From Trueperaceae bacterium (GTDB lineage Bacteria > Deinococcota > Deinococci > Deinococcales > Trueperaceae): a stretch of DNA of 64,000 nt. Location: assembly GCA_965214405.1 (NCBI GenBank), contig OZ243956.1, positions 160,001 through 224,000 on the forward strand. Direction: 5' to 3'. The notes below the pieces were generated by a model, which saw only the letters and a program-made list of their open reading frames with translations, made no database searches and was not told the DNA's origin. The position numbers were made by a program, and so were the translations under genes. Of this stretch, positions 1 through 8,501 are shown piece after piece (within the stretch, counting starts at the first letter, position 1; every line of letters begins with the position of its first letter).

Positions 1-2
1 GC

Positions 3-524
3 CTTCAGGCCAAAGACTCGGAAGTCGTCATCACCTTTAAGGACGTGCCGCACCGCTCCTTCCCGCAGAGGGCCGCGCCCCTGTGGCAGGCCAACCGCAT
101 CGTCATCAACATCCAGCCCGACGAGGGCATCGCGCTCGACATGATGGCGAAGCGCCCCGGTTTGGGCGTGCGCCTGAGCCCCGTCGAGATGGCCTTTAAG
201 TACGAAACCGCCTTTCAAGAAGGCTCCCCCGACGCCTACGAAACGCTCCTTTTGGACGTGATGCTGGGCGACGCCACCCTTTTTATGCGCGCCGACCAGG
301 TCGAGGCGGCCTGGCGCATCGTCACGCCTGTGTTGGAGCACTGGGCACAGACGCCGCCCGAAAATTTTCCTAACTACGCGGCGGGCACCTGGGGGCCGGA
401 GGAAGCCGAAAGAATGTTGGAACGTTGCGGTCACGACTGGAAAATCCCGTCAGAGGGTCGCAGAGAAGAGGCTCGAGCGCGCGCGACGGAACGGGTGCTG
501 ACGCCGCAGGGAAAAGCCGGTTAA
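3..524 (+). CDS. zwf: Glucose-6-phosphate 1-dehydrogenase, C-terminal part (5' end outside window)
   Basis: Frame open from window start; G6PD C-terminal motifs NRIVINIQPDEGI, DAYETLLLDVMLGDATLFMRADQVEAAW, YAAGTWGP. Confidence 0.95.
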   Translation, partial: LQAKDSEVVITFKDVPHRSFPQRAAPLWQANRIVINIQPDEGIALDMMAKRPGLGVRLSPVEMAFKYETAFQEGSPDAYETLLLDVMLGDATLFMRADQVEAAWRIVTPVLEHWAQTPPENFPNYAAGTWGPEEAERMLERCGHDWKIPSEGRREEARARATERVLTPQGKAG

Positions 525-542
525 GGACGACAGACAAAAAAA

Positions 543-593
543 CAAGCGCACCTGCTCGAGCGCTTACGCGGACTCAAAAGCAGGTACGCTTGC
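543..593 (+). terminator. Stem-loop downstream of zwf
   Basis: CAAGCGCACCTGCT ... AGCAGGTACGCTTG inverted arms (1 mismatch) just after the zwf stop. Confidence 0.4.
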
Positions 594-757
594 TTGTTCC
601 CCTCACCACACTGCCCCCCGGCGAAGAGCTTGAGGTAACTATACGCGGCCTTCGCCCCTTGGAACAGGGGAAAAAATACTACTAAAACAAGTACCCCCCC
701 CCTTACCAACCACTACCACTTTTGGTATACTCGGTTGCGGGAAAAATGGGGGGATTT

Positions 758-1015
758 GTGAATAGTGAAGAGTTGCTGGACCACATCTTTGAGGCGGTGC
801 AGACAGCGTCGCTGTGTTTGCATACGATTGGAGAAGGGGGCGCTGACACCGTTTCCCTAGAAACATCTTTAACGGCACTTCATAACGAAGCATTGGATGC
901 GTTTTTCAAGGGGGACCGGGGGACGTTGCGCGCGCTCCACCGGGAGGTGGGCGGGCTGACGCGGGGGCTGCTCGAGCGGGCCTACGGCAGGAAAACGGTG
1001 GCCGTCATCCTCTGA
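758..1015 (+). CDS. Hypothetical helical protein (~85 aa)
   Basis: TGnTATACT at 723-731, GGGGGA SD-like sequence, GTG start; no recognisable motif. Confidence 0.5.
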   Translation: MNSEELLDHIFEAVQTASLCLHTIGEGGADTVSLETSLTALHNEALDAFFKGDRGTLRALHREVGGLTRGLLERAYGRKTVAVIL

Positions 1016-1175
1016 CTTTTTTGTGAACCCTTCTGTGGACTGTTCTGTGGGCTGTTGAAAAAGCGGGTTAACCCCCTTAACTTGGTTCATGAGAAAGGTT
1101 CACGGGGGGCTGTTACCGTCAACCTGAGTGGGTAACTTCAAAGGTAAGGCCCACGCATCGTCAGGAGTGTAAGAT

Positions 1176-2534
1176 ATGAAGTTAAACCGGTTTTTTACGT
1201 CCTTATATGCCGCGCTAATTTTTAGCGTCGGCTCAGTGGGCCTGTTGGGCGCGACCACCGCCTTTGCGCAAACAGGGGGCGCGACGGGGGGTGCGCAGGC
1301 CATCACGGGCCTTTCGGACGGGGCGCTGCTCGAGTACGAACAAAACACCATCAGCATCGTAGAAGAGTATAGCCCAAGCGTGGTGGCGGTAAACCTTACG
1401 GTGCAGGGTGAGCCCGTACTGCCCGAAGGATACGAGGAGTTTTTTGACCAAGTACCCGAGCAGTTCCGCCGCTTTTTCCAGCAGCCCGAACAGGGTCCCG
1501 CCCCGCGGCCGCAACAAGGCAGCGGTAGCGGCTTTGTGGTAGACGACCAGGGTCGCATCATCACCAACTACCATGTGGTGAGGTCGGCGCTCCAGGAGGA
1601 AAGCGTCGAGCCACGCGAGGGTGCCGAAATCACCGTGACTTTTCCGTCCTCCGACGAGGAGTTCCCGGTGCGCGTGGTGGGGGCCAACCAGACTTACGAC
1701 CTCGCGCTCTTAGAGCTTACCGACCCCGACGCGCTGCCGCAGGCGGTCCGGGAAGTTGTGCCCATCCCCATCGCCGACTCCGACGAGGTGCTGGTAGGTC
1801 AGAAAGCCGTTGCCATTGGCAATCCTTTCGGGTTTGCGACCACGGTTACTCAGGGCGTCGTGTCGGGCGTTTCCCGCACGCTCCCCGGCGTCGGCGACCA
1901 GAGTGTAGGCTACAACATTCCTCTTATCCAGACGGACGCGCCCATCAACCCCGGCAACTCAGGCGGGCCGCTACTCAACTCGAGAGGCGAACTCATCGGC
2001 ATCAACACCGCTATCATTCCCAACGTCGGCATCACGGGTGAACGCGGCAACTTAGGGATAGGCTTCGCGGTGCCCGCCAACTTCTTGGCGAGCAACCTCG
2101 CGCAGCTTGAAGAGGGCGGCCTTATCAACCTCCAGTCGAGGGCGCGTTTGGGTATAGGCATTGCCAGCGTGCAGGACTACCCCGCAAACGTCCGCGAAAG
2201 GCTCGACCTGCCCGAGCAAGGCGTGGTTATCCTCCAGGTCGAGCCGGGCAGCGCCGCCGAGGCCGCGGGCCTGCAGGGCGGCGACATCGAGATCATGATC
2301 GAAGGTCAGGCCGTGCCCGCGGGCGGCGACGTGATCCTCGCGGTGGACGGCGCCGAGGTCACGGACCCGAGCGAGCTCCAAAACCTCATTTTCAGCCGCG
2401 GCGAGGGCGACACCGTCGAGCTCCGCATCTTGCGGGGCGGCGAGGAGCAGACCGTCGAGGTCACGCTCGCCCGCGTGCAGCAGGATGAAGCGGACGAAGA
2501 AGGCGGCGGGACCGGCGGGAACAACGGCAACTAA
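1176..2534 (+). CDS. htrA: HtrA/DegP-like S1C serine protease with PDZ domain
   Basis: Signal peptide; GSGFVV, TNYHVV, DLALL, IQTDAPINPGNSGGPL triad motifs; C-terminal PDZ. Confidence 0.93.
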   Translation: MKLNRFFTSLYAALIFSVGSVGLLGATTAFAQTGGATGGAQAITGLSDGALLEYEQNTISIVEEYSPSVVAVNLTVQGEPVLPEGYEEFFDQVPEQFRRFFQQPEQGPAPRPQQGSGSGFVVDDQGRIITNYHVVRSALQEESVEPREGAEITVTFPSSDEEFPVRVVGANQTYDLALLELTDPDALPQAVREVVPIPIADSDEVLVGQKAVAIGNPFGFATTVTQGVVSGVSRTLPGVGDQSVGYNIPLIQTDAPINPGNSGGPLLNSRGELIGINTAIIPNVGITGERGNLGIGFAVPANFLASNLAQLEEGGLINLQSRARLGIGIASVQDYPANVRERLDLPEQGVVILQVEPGSAAEAAGLQGGDIEIMIEGQAVPAGGDVILAVDGAEVTDPSELQNLIFSRGEGDTVELRILRGGEEQTVEVTLARVQQDEADEEGGGTGGNNGN

Positions 2535-2555
2535 GCCGAGCGGAGCCAGCAGACT

Positions 2556-2585
2556 GTAGGGCGCACGAAAGCGCCCTACTTTTTT
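2556..2585 (+). terminator. Intrinsic terminator
   Basis: GTAGGGCGC-ACGAAA-GCGCCCTAC followed by T6. Confidence 0.85.
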
Positions 2586-2661
2586 GTCGAGCCTCTACCG
2601 TTGGGGCGCGTTTCTGCGGGTAAGGGTTCAAAAGCGGGAGAGGGTGAACGTCACGCCCTTT

Positions 2662-4632
2662 TCAGGCGTGCGCCCCGAACCACTCGAGAATCGCCTCCAA
2701 CCGCTGAACTCTCCTGTCGGGCCTACCCGAACGCGACAACTCGTGGCCCTCACCCGGAAACCTGATGAACTTGGTGTCTACTTTGCCGATACGTTTGAGC
2801 GCGATAAAAAACTGCTCGGCTTGCTCGACGGGGCAGCGGTGGTCCTCTTCGGCGTGGATGATGAGCGTGGGCGTACTGACGTTGTTCACATATTTGAGCG
2901 GACTCTGCTCCCACAGCCTCTCAAGATTCTCCCACGGGTTGCCCGCGACCTCCAACTCGCCAAAGCGGTAGCCGATATCCGACGCGCCGTAAAATGACAA
3001 CCAGTTGCAGATAGAGCGCTGCGTGACCGCCGACTGAAACTCGTCGGTATGGCCGACCAGCCAGTTCGTCATAAAGCCGCCGTAGGAGCCGCCGGTGAGG
3101 TGCATGGGTGCTTTGGTGTCGGCTCGAGCCGCGCGCGCAATCGTCAGCACGTCGTCCGCGTCGATGGTGCCGTAGCCGCCCAGCATGGCGGTGGCGAAGT
3201 CTGCGCCGTAAGACGAGCTTCCCCTCGGGTTGCCAAAGACCACTGTGTAGCCCGCCGAGGCGAGAAGCTGAAACTCGAGATAAAAGCCGTAGCCGTAGTT
3301 CGTGTGCGGGCCGCCGTGAACCTGGAGCACCAGCGCTTTGTCCTTGCGCGGCTTTGAAGGTGCTAACGTCCAATAAGCGAGCGTCGGCCCGCCCTCCGCT
3401 TGCGCTTCATGCGCCTGCACCTCGCTCAGCCGGTACTTTTCAACAAACGCGTCGTTTACACTGCTCAGCCTGCGCTCTTCGACCTGCCCCTCCTCGCGCC
3501 CGCGGTAAAAAAGTTCGCCCGGTTGATGAGGCGTCTCGGCGGTAAAGAGAAACGCGCCCGCCGCGTAACGAAAGCTCGTGACGACACGCTCTTCATCATC
3601 CAGAGGTTTCAAGCCCCCCGTCTCGACGTCCACCGCCGCAAGGCCGCTGCGCCCTTCTCTGTTCGCGTTGATGTAGACCGTGCGCGCGTCTGACCACTGC
3701 GGGATACTCAGCAGCGCGCCGTAACGGCTGTCGCCGCCAACGCTCGGCGCGGCGTCATGGTCGTGCGACAGCAGCCGCGCCGCGCCCCCGCCGCTGGGCA
3801 CGAGCCAGAGCCCCGTGGGCGACGCGAAATTATCGCCGTCTGTCGGCGCAAAAAAAGCGACGTGCTCCCCGTCCGGCGAGGGTGAGGGCGAGGAGGTCAT
3901 CGTAGGACCTTTAACAAGCGCTTTCGCCTTGCCGCCCTTCGTCGGCAGCCGCCAGATGGAACTCTCCCAGCGGTCGTCCGCCTCTACATTTTTGGCTCCG
4001 CTAAAGTAGAGCGCGCCGCCGTCGGGGCTGAAAACGAGCCCGCTCGGGTCGCTTTTTAGCTTGCTCAGAACTTTAGCTTTGCGCTTCTCCACATCAAAAA
4101 GATAAATCTGCGCGGGCTCCGCGGCGCGAAAGCCTACGCCGTCGTTTTTGTAAAACATCCGCTCGATGACGCGGCCCCGGCCCGCCTTGGCGTCCTCGTC
4201 CTCCCAATCGCCACGCGACACGAACGCGAGTCGGTCTCCTTCCGGATGCCACGCGAACGCTGACACCCCCGCCTTGTACTCCGTCAGCCTTTCGGCCTCT
4301 CCCCCGGCGAGCGGGATGAGGTAGAGCTGCGGCTTGTCCTCCTCCTCCCGCTTGGATAAAAACGCCAGGTGAGCCCCGTCCGGAGAAAAGCGCGGCTGCG
4401 TGTTGCTTTTGCCCGTGCGGATAAAGGGGCGCGAGGTGTTTTCACGGAGGTCGTAAAGGTGGATTTCGGAGCGGTAGAAGGGGGGTTTGGGAGGGCTCGA
4501 GCCCTCCCCACCTTCCTCCGGCGTCTCAATCACCGTGTGAACCGCAGCGGCAAGTGCTCCGTCAGCACTCAAAACAGGGTCGGAGAGAAAGGTGAGTTCA
4601 AAAAGCGCGTCGGGTTTAATTTTCTTTGCCAT
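2662..4632 (-). CDS. S9 family acylaminoacyl/prolyl oligopeptidase
   Basis: Beta-propeller repeats, VHGGPH, GGSYGG nucleophile, DHRCP, EGHELSRSG; leaderless promoter TGcTAGACT 6 nt before ATG. Confidence 0.93.
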   Translation of the reverse strand: MAKKIKPDALFELTFLSDPVLSADGALAAAVHTVIETPEEGGEGSSPPKPPFYRSEIHLYDLRENTSRPFIRTGKSNTQPRFSPDGAHLAFLSKREEEDKPQLYLIPLAGGEAERLTEYKAGVSAFAWHPEGDRLAFVSRGDWEDEDAKAGRGRVIERMFYKNDGVGFRAAEPAQIYLFDVEKRKAKVLSKLKSDPSGLVFSPDGGALYFSGAKNVEADDRWESSIWRLPTKGGKAKALVKGPTMTSSPSPSPDGEHVAFFAPTDGDNFASPTGLWLVPSGGGAARLLSHDHDAAPSVGGDSRYGALLSIPQWSDARTVYINANREGRSGLAAVDVETGGLKPLDDEERVVTSFRYAAGAFLFTAETPHQPGELFYRGREEGQVEERRLSSVNDAFVEKYRLSEVQAHEAQAEGGPTLAYWTLAPSKPRKDKALVLQVHGGPHTNYGYGFYLEFQLLASAGYTVVFGNPRGSSSYGADFATAMLGGYGTIDADDVLTIARAARADTKAPMHLTGGSYGGFMTNWLVGHTDEFQSAVTQRSICNWLSFYGASDIGYRFGELEVAGNPWENLERLWEQSPLKYVNNVSTPTLIIHAEEDHRCPVEQAEQFFIALKRIGKVDTKFIRFPGEGHELSRSGRPDRRVQRLEAILEWFGAHA

Positions 4633-4806
4633 AGGCACAGTCTAGCAGCTTAGAAGTAGCGAGGTTTTTGGCATAAATTTTTCAGAGCGGTCAAAAGAGA
4701 AGTGCCGAGAAATGAGTACCGAGTCGAAGGTGTACTCAGGACTCGGTACTTTAATCTATGCAAAAGAGCTTTAACAGCCTCCTCAATGACGCTCATGCTC
4801 GACGCT

Positions 4807-5529
4807 TTACTCCCGCGCCCGCACCACCGTATAGAGCAAAATCCCCGCCGCCACCGACGCGTTGAGCGCTGCCACCTTACCGCGCATCGGCAGGCCGATG
4901 AGGTCGTCACACTTGTCGCGCACCAAGCGGCGCATCCCCGTGCCCTCCGAGCCAATCACCAGGGCTGCCGCGCGGTCCCAGTCGATCTCCTCCGGTCCCT
5001 TTTCCGCGTCGCCCGTCGCGCCGTAGAGCCAGACGTTGCGGCTTTTGAGCCCGTCCATGTAGCGCGGCAGGTTCTTGACCTGCACCAGCGGCAGGTGCGC
5101 GCTCGCCCCCGCCGAGGTCTTAGCGACCACCGCCGAGAGGGGTGCGCTGCGCCTTTCTTCGGTCACCACGCCGTGCGCGCCCAAGACCTCGGCGCTGCGG
5201 ATAATAGCCCCGTAGTTGCGCGGGTCGCTAATCTGGTCGAGCAAAACGAGCAAGAGCCTTTCGCCGCGCCCTTCGGCAAGGCGAAAGGGCTCCTCCGGGT
5301 CGGCGTAGGTCAGCTCGGGCAGGTCGGCGGCGATACCCTGATGGCGCGTCGTCTTGAGGCTCTGGTCAAGGGTGATGCGGGGCACGTGTTCGACGGGCAC
5401 GTCCTGCTTTTTGGCGAGCGCCTCGAGCTGCTTGACCGTCCCCGGCTGAAGCCCCTGCGCCAGCAAGAGACGCTCCACCGTGCCCTCTTGCAACGCCTCG
5501 ATGACCGCGTTTTTACCGTAGATAATCAT
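4807..5529 (-). CDS. rlmB: 23S rRNA Gm2251 methyltransferase (TrmH/SPOUT family)
   Basis: IYGKNAV, LDQISDPRNYGAIIRSA, VIGSEGTG, LNASVAAG; TATAGT 7 nt before ATG. Confidence 0.92.
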   Translation of the reverse strand: MIIYGKNAVIEALQEGTVERLLLAQGLQPGTVKQLEALAKKQDVPVEHVPRITLDQSLKTTRHQGIAADLPELTYADPEEPFRLAEGRGERLLLVLLDQISDPRNYGAIIRSAEVLGAHGVVTEERRSAPLSAVVAKTSAGASAHLPLVQVKNLPRYMDGLKSRNVWLYGATGDAEKGPEEIDWDRAAALVIGSEGTGMRRLVRDKCDDLIGLPMRGKVAALNASVAAGILLYTVVRARE

Positions 5530-5616
5530 GAGGTTCACTATAGCGTTTAGATTGCGAAGCCGGGAGGTGTCAAGGTTCATAGCCTAAATAACTTTAGACC
5601 CCTAAACTGAACAGGC

Positions 5617-6234
5617 ATGTACCATACTTTTTTCGTCCCAAAGTATAATTGGCCGACTACAACGAATGGAATTGTCATACTGTCTGTCTTTTTCGGACTC
5701 CTACTTTTTATAGGTTTTGACCCATCAGAAGCAGGCGGCTGGGTCTTCATAGGTTTTATATTCTTGTTTCTTTTCTGCGCCTATTATCTTCCTAGATTTT
5801 ATGAAATTGAGTTCAGTGACGTTATAACTGTTCGCTTCCCTTTGGGGAGGAAAAAAGTTTACGCCTACAGCGAGGTCCGCCAGATACACGAGAACTATAT
5901 ACGCATGAAAAAGGGGCATTTCTACCTTCGAAATGGCTATCAGATGAACATTAGCAATAGGGACGAACTCCTGCGTATCTTCCAGGCTCTGCTTGAAACA
6001 GGCGTTATTACTAAGGACCAGTTAATGACTGAGGAGGAATTGCGTCTCGAGCGCCAGAAGGGACTCCAAGACGTAGCCATCATCACCGCGCTGGCTGTGC
6101 CCATTTGGTTGATTCTGCTTGTCTCTGGCGTTTTGCCACAGAACGACGCAGCTTTTCCAATACTAAGCTTGATATGGCTCGTTTTCTGCCCGTTCGTCCT
6201 TTTCATCAGGCGTAAGCAGGAGAAAGAGAGCTAA
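5617..6234 (+). CDS. Hypothetical 4-TM membrane protein, low GC
   Basis: 205-aa ORF with two N- and two C-terminal hydrophobic segments; visibly AT-rich relative to neighbours. Confidence 0.7.
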   Translation: MYHTFFVPKYNWPTTTNGIVILSVFFGLLLFIGFDPSEAGGWVFIGFIFLFLFCAYYLPRFYEIEFSDVITVRFPLGRKKVYAYSEVRQIHENYIRMKKGHFYLRNGYQMNISNRDELLRIFQALLETGVITKDQLMTEEELRLERQKGLQDVAIITALAVPIWLILLVSGVLPQNDAAFPILSLIWLVFCPFVLFIRRKQEKES

Positions 6235-6315
6235 AGCTATCCAGTTGTGTCTACGTCTAAAAGCTAAAGGAATTAAAGAAGGTTTGACTCACAAGCACGT
6301 CCTCACCCTCCAATC

Positions 6316-6324
6316 TGCTATACT
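6316..6324 (+). promoter_or_regulatory. Extended -10 promoter (TGcTATACT) of the metG leader
   Basis: TATACT at 6319-6324, 7 nt before the leader ATG. Confidence 0.75.
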
Positions 6325-6331
6325 CCCTCCT

Positions 6332-6370
6332 ATGAAACGGATGATGCAACCCAGCCCTGGAGCCGGATAG
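6332..6370 (+). CDS. Putative metG leader peptide MKRMMQPSPGAG
   Basis: ATG AAA CGG ATG ATG CAA CCC AGC CCT GGA GCC GGA TAG, starting at the predicted TSS. Confidence 0.7.
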   Translation: MKRMMQPSPGAG

Positions 6371-6390
6371 GTACGCCACCTAACCGTCAC

Positions 6391-6419
6391 AGGGCGCTTT
6401 GCAAGCGCCCTTCTTTTTT
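6391..6419 (+). terminator. Attenuator terminator in the metG leader
   Basis: AGGGCGCTT-TGC-AAGCGCCCT + TCTTTTTT between promoter and metG SD (GGAGG). Confidence 0.8.
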
Positions 6420-6436
6420 GTGCCCTTAACGGAGGA

Positions 6437-8425
6437 ATGATGACCACAGAACCCTTGATGATAGACACGGACGCCCCCAAAACCAGAGCCACCTACTACG
6501 CCACCACCCCCATCTTTTATGTAAATGCCGAGCCGCACATCGGCCACGCCTACACGACGACGCTGGTGGACGTGGTCACGCGCTTTCACCGCCTCAAAGG
6601 AGACGACACCTACTTTTTGACGGGCACCGACGAGCACGGCGAACGCATTTATCAAGTGGCGACCTCGAAAGGACAAACGCCTCAAGAATATACGGATGAG
6701 GTTGCAGCCAAGTTCCGTAACGTCTGGGACAGTTTAGGCATTCACTACGACGAATTCATCCGCACCACCGAAGAGCGCCACAAAAAGGTCGTAAGCGAGA
6801 TTTTGCAGCGCGTTTACGACAACGGCGACATCATCTTTGGCGAGTACGGCGGGCTCTACTGCGTGGGCTGCGAACGTTACTACACCGAAAAGGAGCTTGT
6901 GGACGGGCGGTGTCCGCAGCACGACATCAGGCTCGAGTACCGCAGCGAAGAAAACTACTTCTTCCGCATGGAAAAGTACCGCCCCTGGCTGCGTGAGTAC
7001 ATCGACGTGAACCCCGACTTCATCCGGCCCGAGCGTTACAAAAACGAGGTTCTGGGCATCCTGCGCGAGCCCATCGGCGACCTCTCCATCAGCCGCCCGC
7101 GTGAGCGGGTGCCGTGGGGTATTCCGCTGCCGTGGGATGAAAACCACGTGACCTATGTGTGGTTCGACGCGCTTATCAATTATTTTTCGGCGCTCGAGAG
7201 TGGCGGCTTGACCGAACGCTACTGGCCGCATGTGGAGCACTTTATCGCCAAGGATATCCTCAAGCCTCACGGCGTCTTCTGGCCCACCATGCTCAAGTCG
7301 GCGGGGCTGCCTCTGTACAGGCACCTCAACGTTCACGGCTACTGGCTCGTGGACGGCGGCAAGATGAGCAAATCGAAGGGGAACGTCGTGCGCCCCCTCG
7401 ACCTCAAGGACAAGTACGGCAACGACGCCTTTCGCTACTACCTGCTGCGCGACATGACCTTTGGCCTGGACGCGACATTCAGCGAGGTGGGCTTGGCCGA
7501 GCGCATCAACTCGGACCTGGCGAACGACCTGGGCAACCTCCTAAACCGCACGCTGGGGATGCTCGGGAAATATCGCAACGGAGTAGTCAAGGGGCCGGGG
7601 GAGCTTCTGCCGATTGACGAGGCGCTGCGCGACACTTTCACATCTCTTCCCAAAACCGTCACCGAACACTTTGACCGCTTACAATTTGACCGGGCCATCG
7701 AGAGCGTGCTGGAGGGCGTGCGCGCGGCGAACAAGTACATCGCCGAGACGCAGCCGTGGGCCTTGGCGAAAGACGAGGCAAAGGCGGAGCGTTTGGACAC
7801 GGTGCTCTACACCTGCGTTGAAGCGTTGCGCTGCGCGTCCATCCTGCTCGACCCTGTGATTCCAAACAAGGCGCAGGAGTTGCGCGAACAGCTTGGCTTG
7901 GAGACGCTTTACTACGATTTGGGCAAAGCCTCGAGCTGGGGCGACACGCCCGCCGACACCCAGACAAAGCCGGGCGACCCGCTCTTTCCGCGAATTGATT
8001 TGGAGGCGCTGCTCAAAGAGGTGGTGCAGGAGGAGAGAATGGCGGAGGACGGAACTAAACCCGAAAGCAAGCACGTAGAACATAAGGAGATAGAGCACAA
8101 GGACGAGGTGACGATTGAGGACTTTGCGCGGCTCGAGTTCCGCGTCGCCGAAGTTGTGGACGTAAAGCCTCACCCCAAGGCCGACAAGCTCCTGGTGCTC
8201 TCAATCAAGCTCGGAAACGAGGAGCGCACCATCGTCTCGGGCATCCGCGAGTGGTACAAACCCGAAGAGTTGACGGGCAAAAAGGTCATCATCGTCGCCA
8301 ACTTGAAACCCGTGAAGTTGCGCGGCGTCGAGTCGCAGGGGATGATTCTGGCGGCGGAGGACGAGACCGGCTTGAGCGTGGCAACCCTGGACCGTGATAT
8401 CGCCTCGGGTAGCGAAGTGCGGTAA
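6437..8425 (+). CDS. metG: Methionyl-tRNA synthetase with C-terminal tRNA-binding domain
   Basis: TTPIFYVNAEPHIGH (HIGH), Zn knuckle CVGC, KMSKS, C-terminal OB-fold. Confidence 0.98.
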   Translation: MMTTEPLMIDTDAPKTRATYYATTPIFYVNAEPHIGHAYTTTLVDVVTRFHRLKGDDTYFLTGTDEHGERIYQVATSKGQTPQEYTDEVAAKFRNVWDSLGIHYDEFIRTTEERHKKVVSEILQRVYDNGDIIFGEYGGLYCVGCERYYTEKELVDGRCPQHDIRLEYRSEENYFFRMEKYRPWLREYIDVNPDFIRPERYKNEVLGILREPIGDLSISRPRERVPWGIPLPWDENHVTYVWFDALINYFSALESGGLTERYWPHVEHFIAKDILKPHGVFWPTMLKSAGLPLYRHLNVHGYWLVDGGKMSKSKGNVVRPLDLKDKYGNDAFRYYLLRDMTFGLDATFSEVGLAERINSDLANDLGNLLNRTLGMLGKYRNGVVKGPGELLPIDEALRDTFTSLPKTVTEHFDRLQFDRAIESVLEGVRAANKYIAETQPWALAKDEAKAERLDTVLYTCVEALRCASILLDPVIPNKAQELREQLGLETLYYDLGKASSWGDTPADTQTKPGDPLFPRIDLEALLKEVVQEERMAEDGTKPESKHVEHKEIEHKDEVTIEDFARLEFRVAEVVDVKPHPKADKLLVLSIKLGNEERTIVSGIREWYKPEELTGKKVIIVANLKPVKLRGVESQGMILAAEDETGLSVATLDRDIASGSEVR

Positions 8426-8501
8426 GAATTAGCGTGGGGAGATAGGGTGTAGAGGGATAGGGAGAATACTCCCCATCTCCTCCGCCCCTCTGCCCCCTAT
8501 C

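Noticed and set aside
4702..5550. Long opposite-strand ORFs in the track (also 47049-47813, 51132-52118, and alternate-frame 61723-62583)
   Set aside because: Shadow frames of well-supported genes, expected in GC-rich DNA.
6330..6436. T-box or SAM riboswitch upstream of metG
   Set aside because: Leader is only ~105 nt and lacks the T-box GGTGGNACC motif and SAM-I core; a leader peptide explains it better.
8430..8500. Purine-rich/pyrimidine-rich mirrored tracts (also ~45045-45095 and ~50750-50803)
   Set aside because: Too degenerate to define a repeat unit; probably bidirectional terminators between convergent genes.
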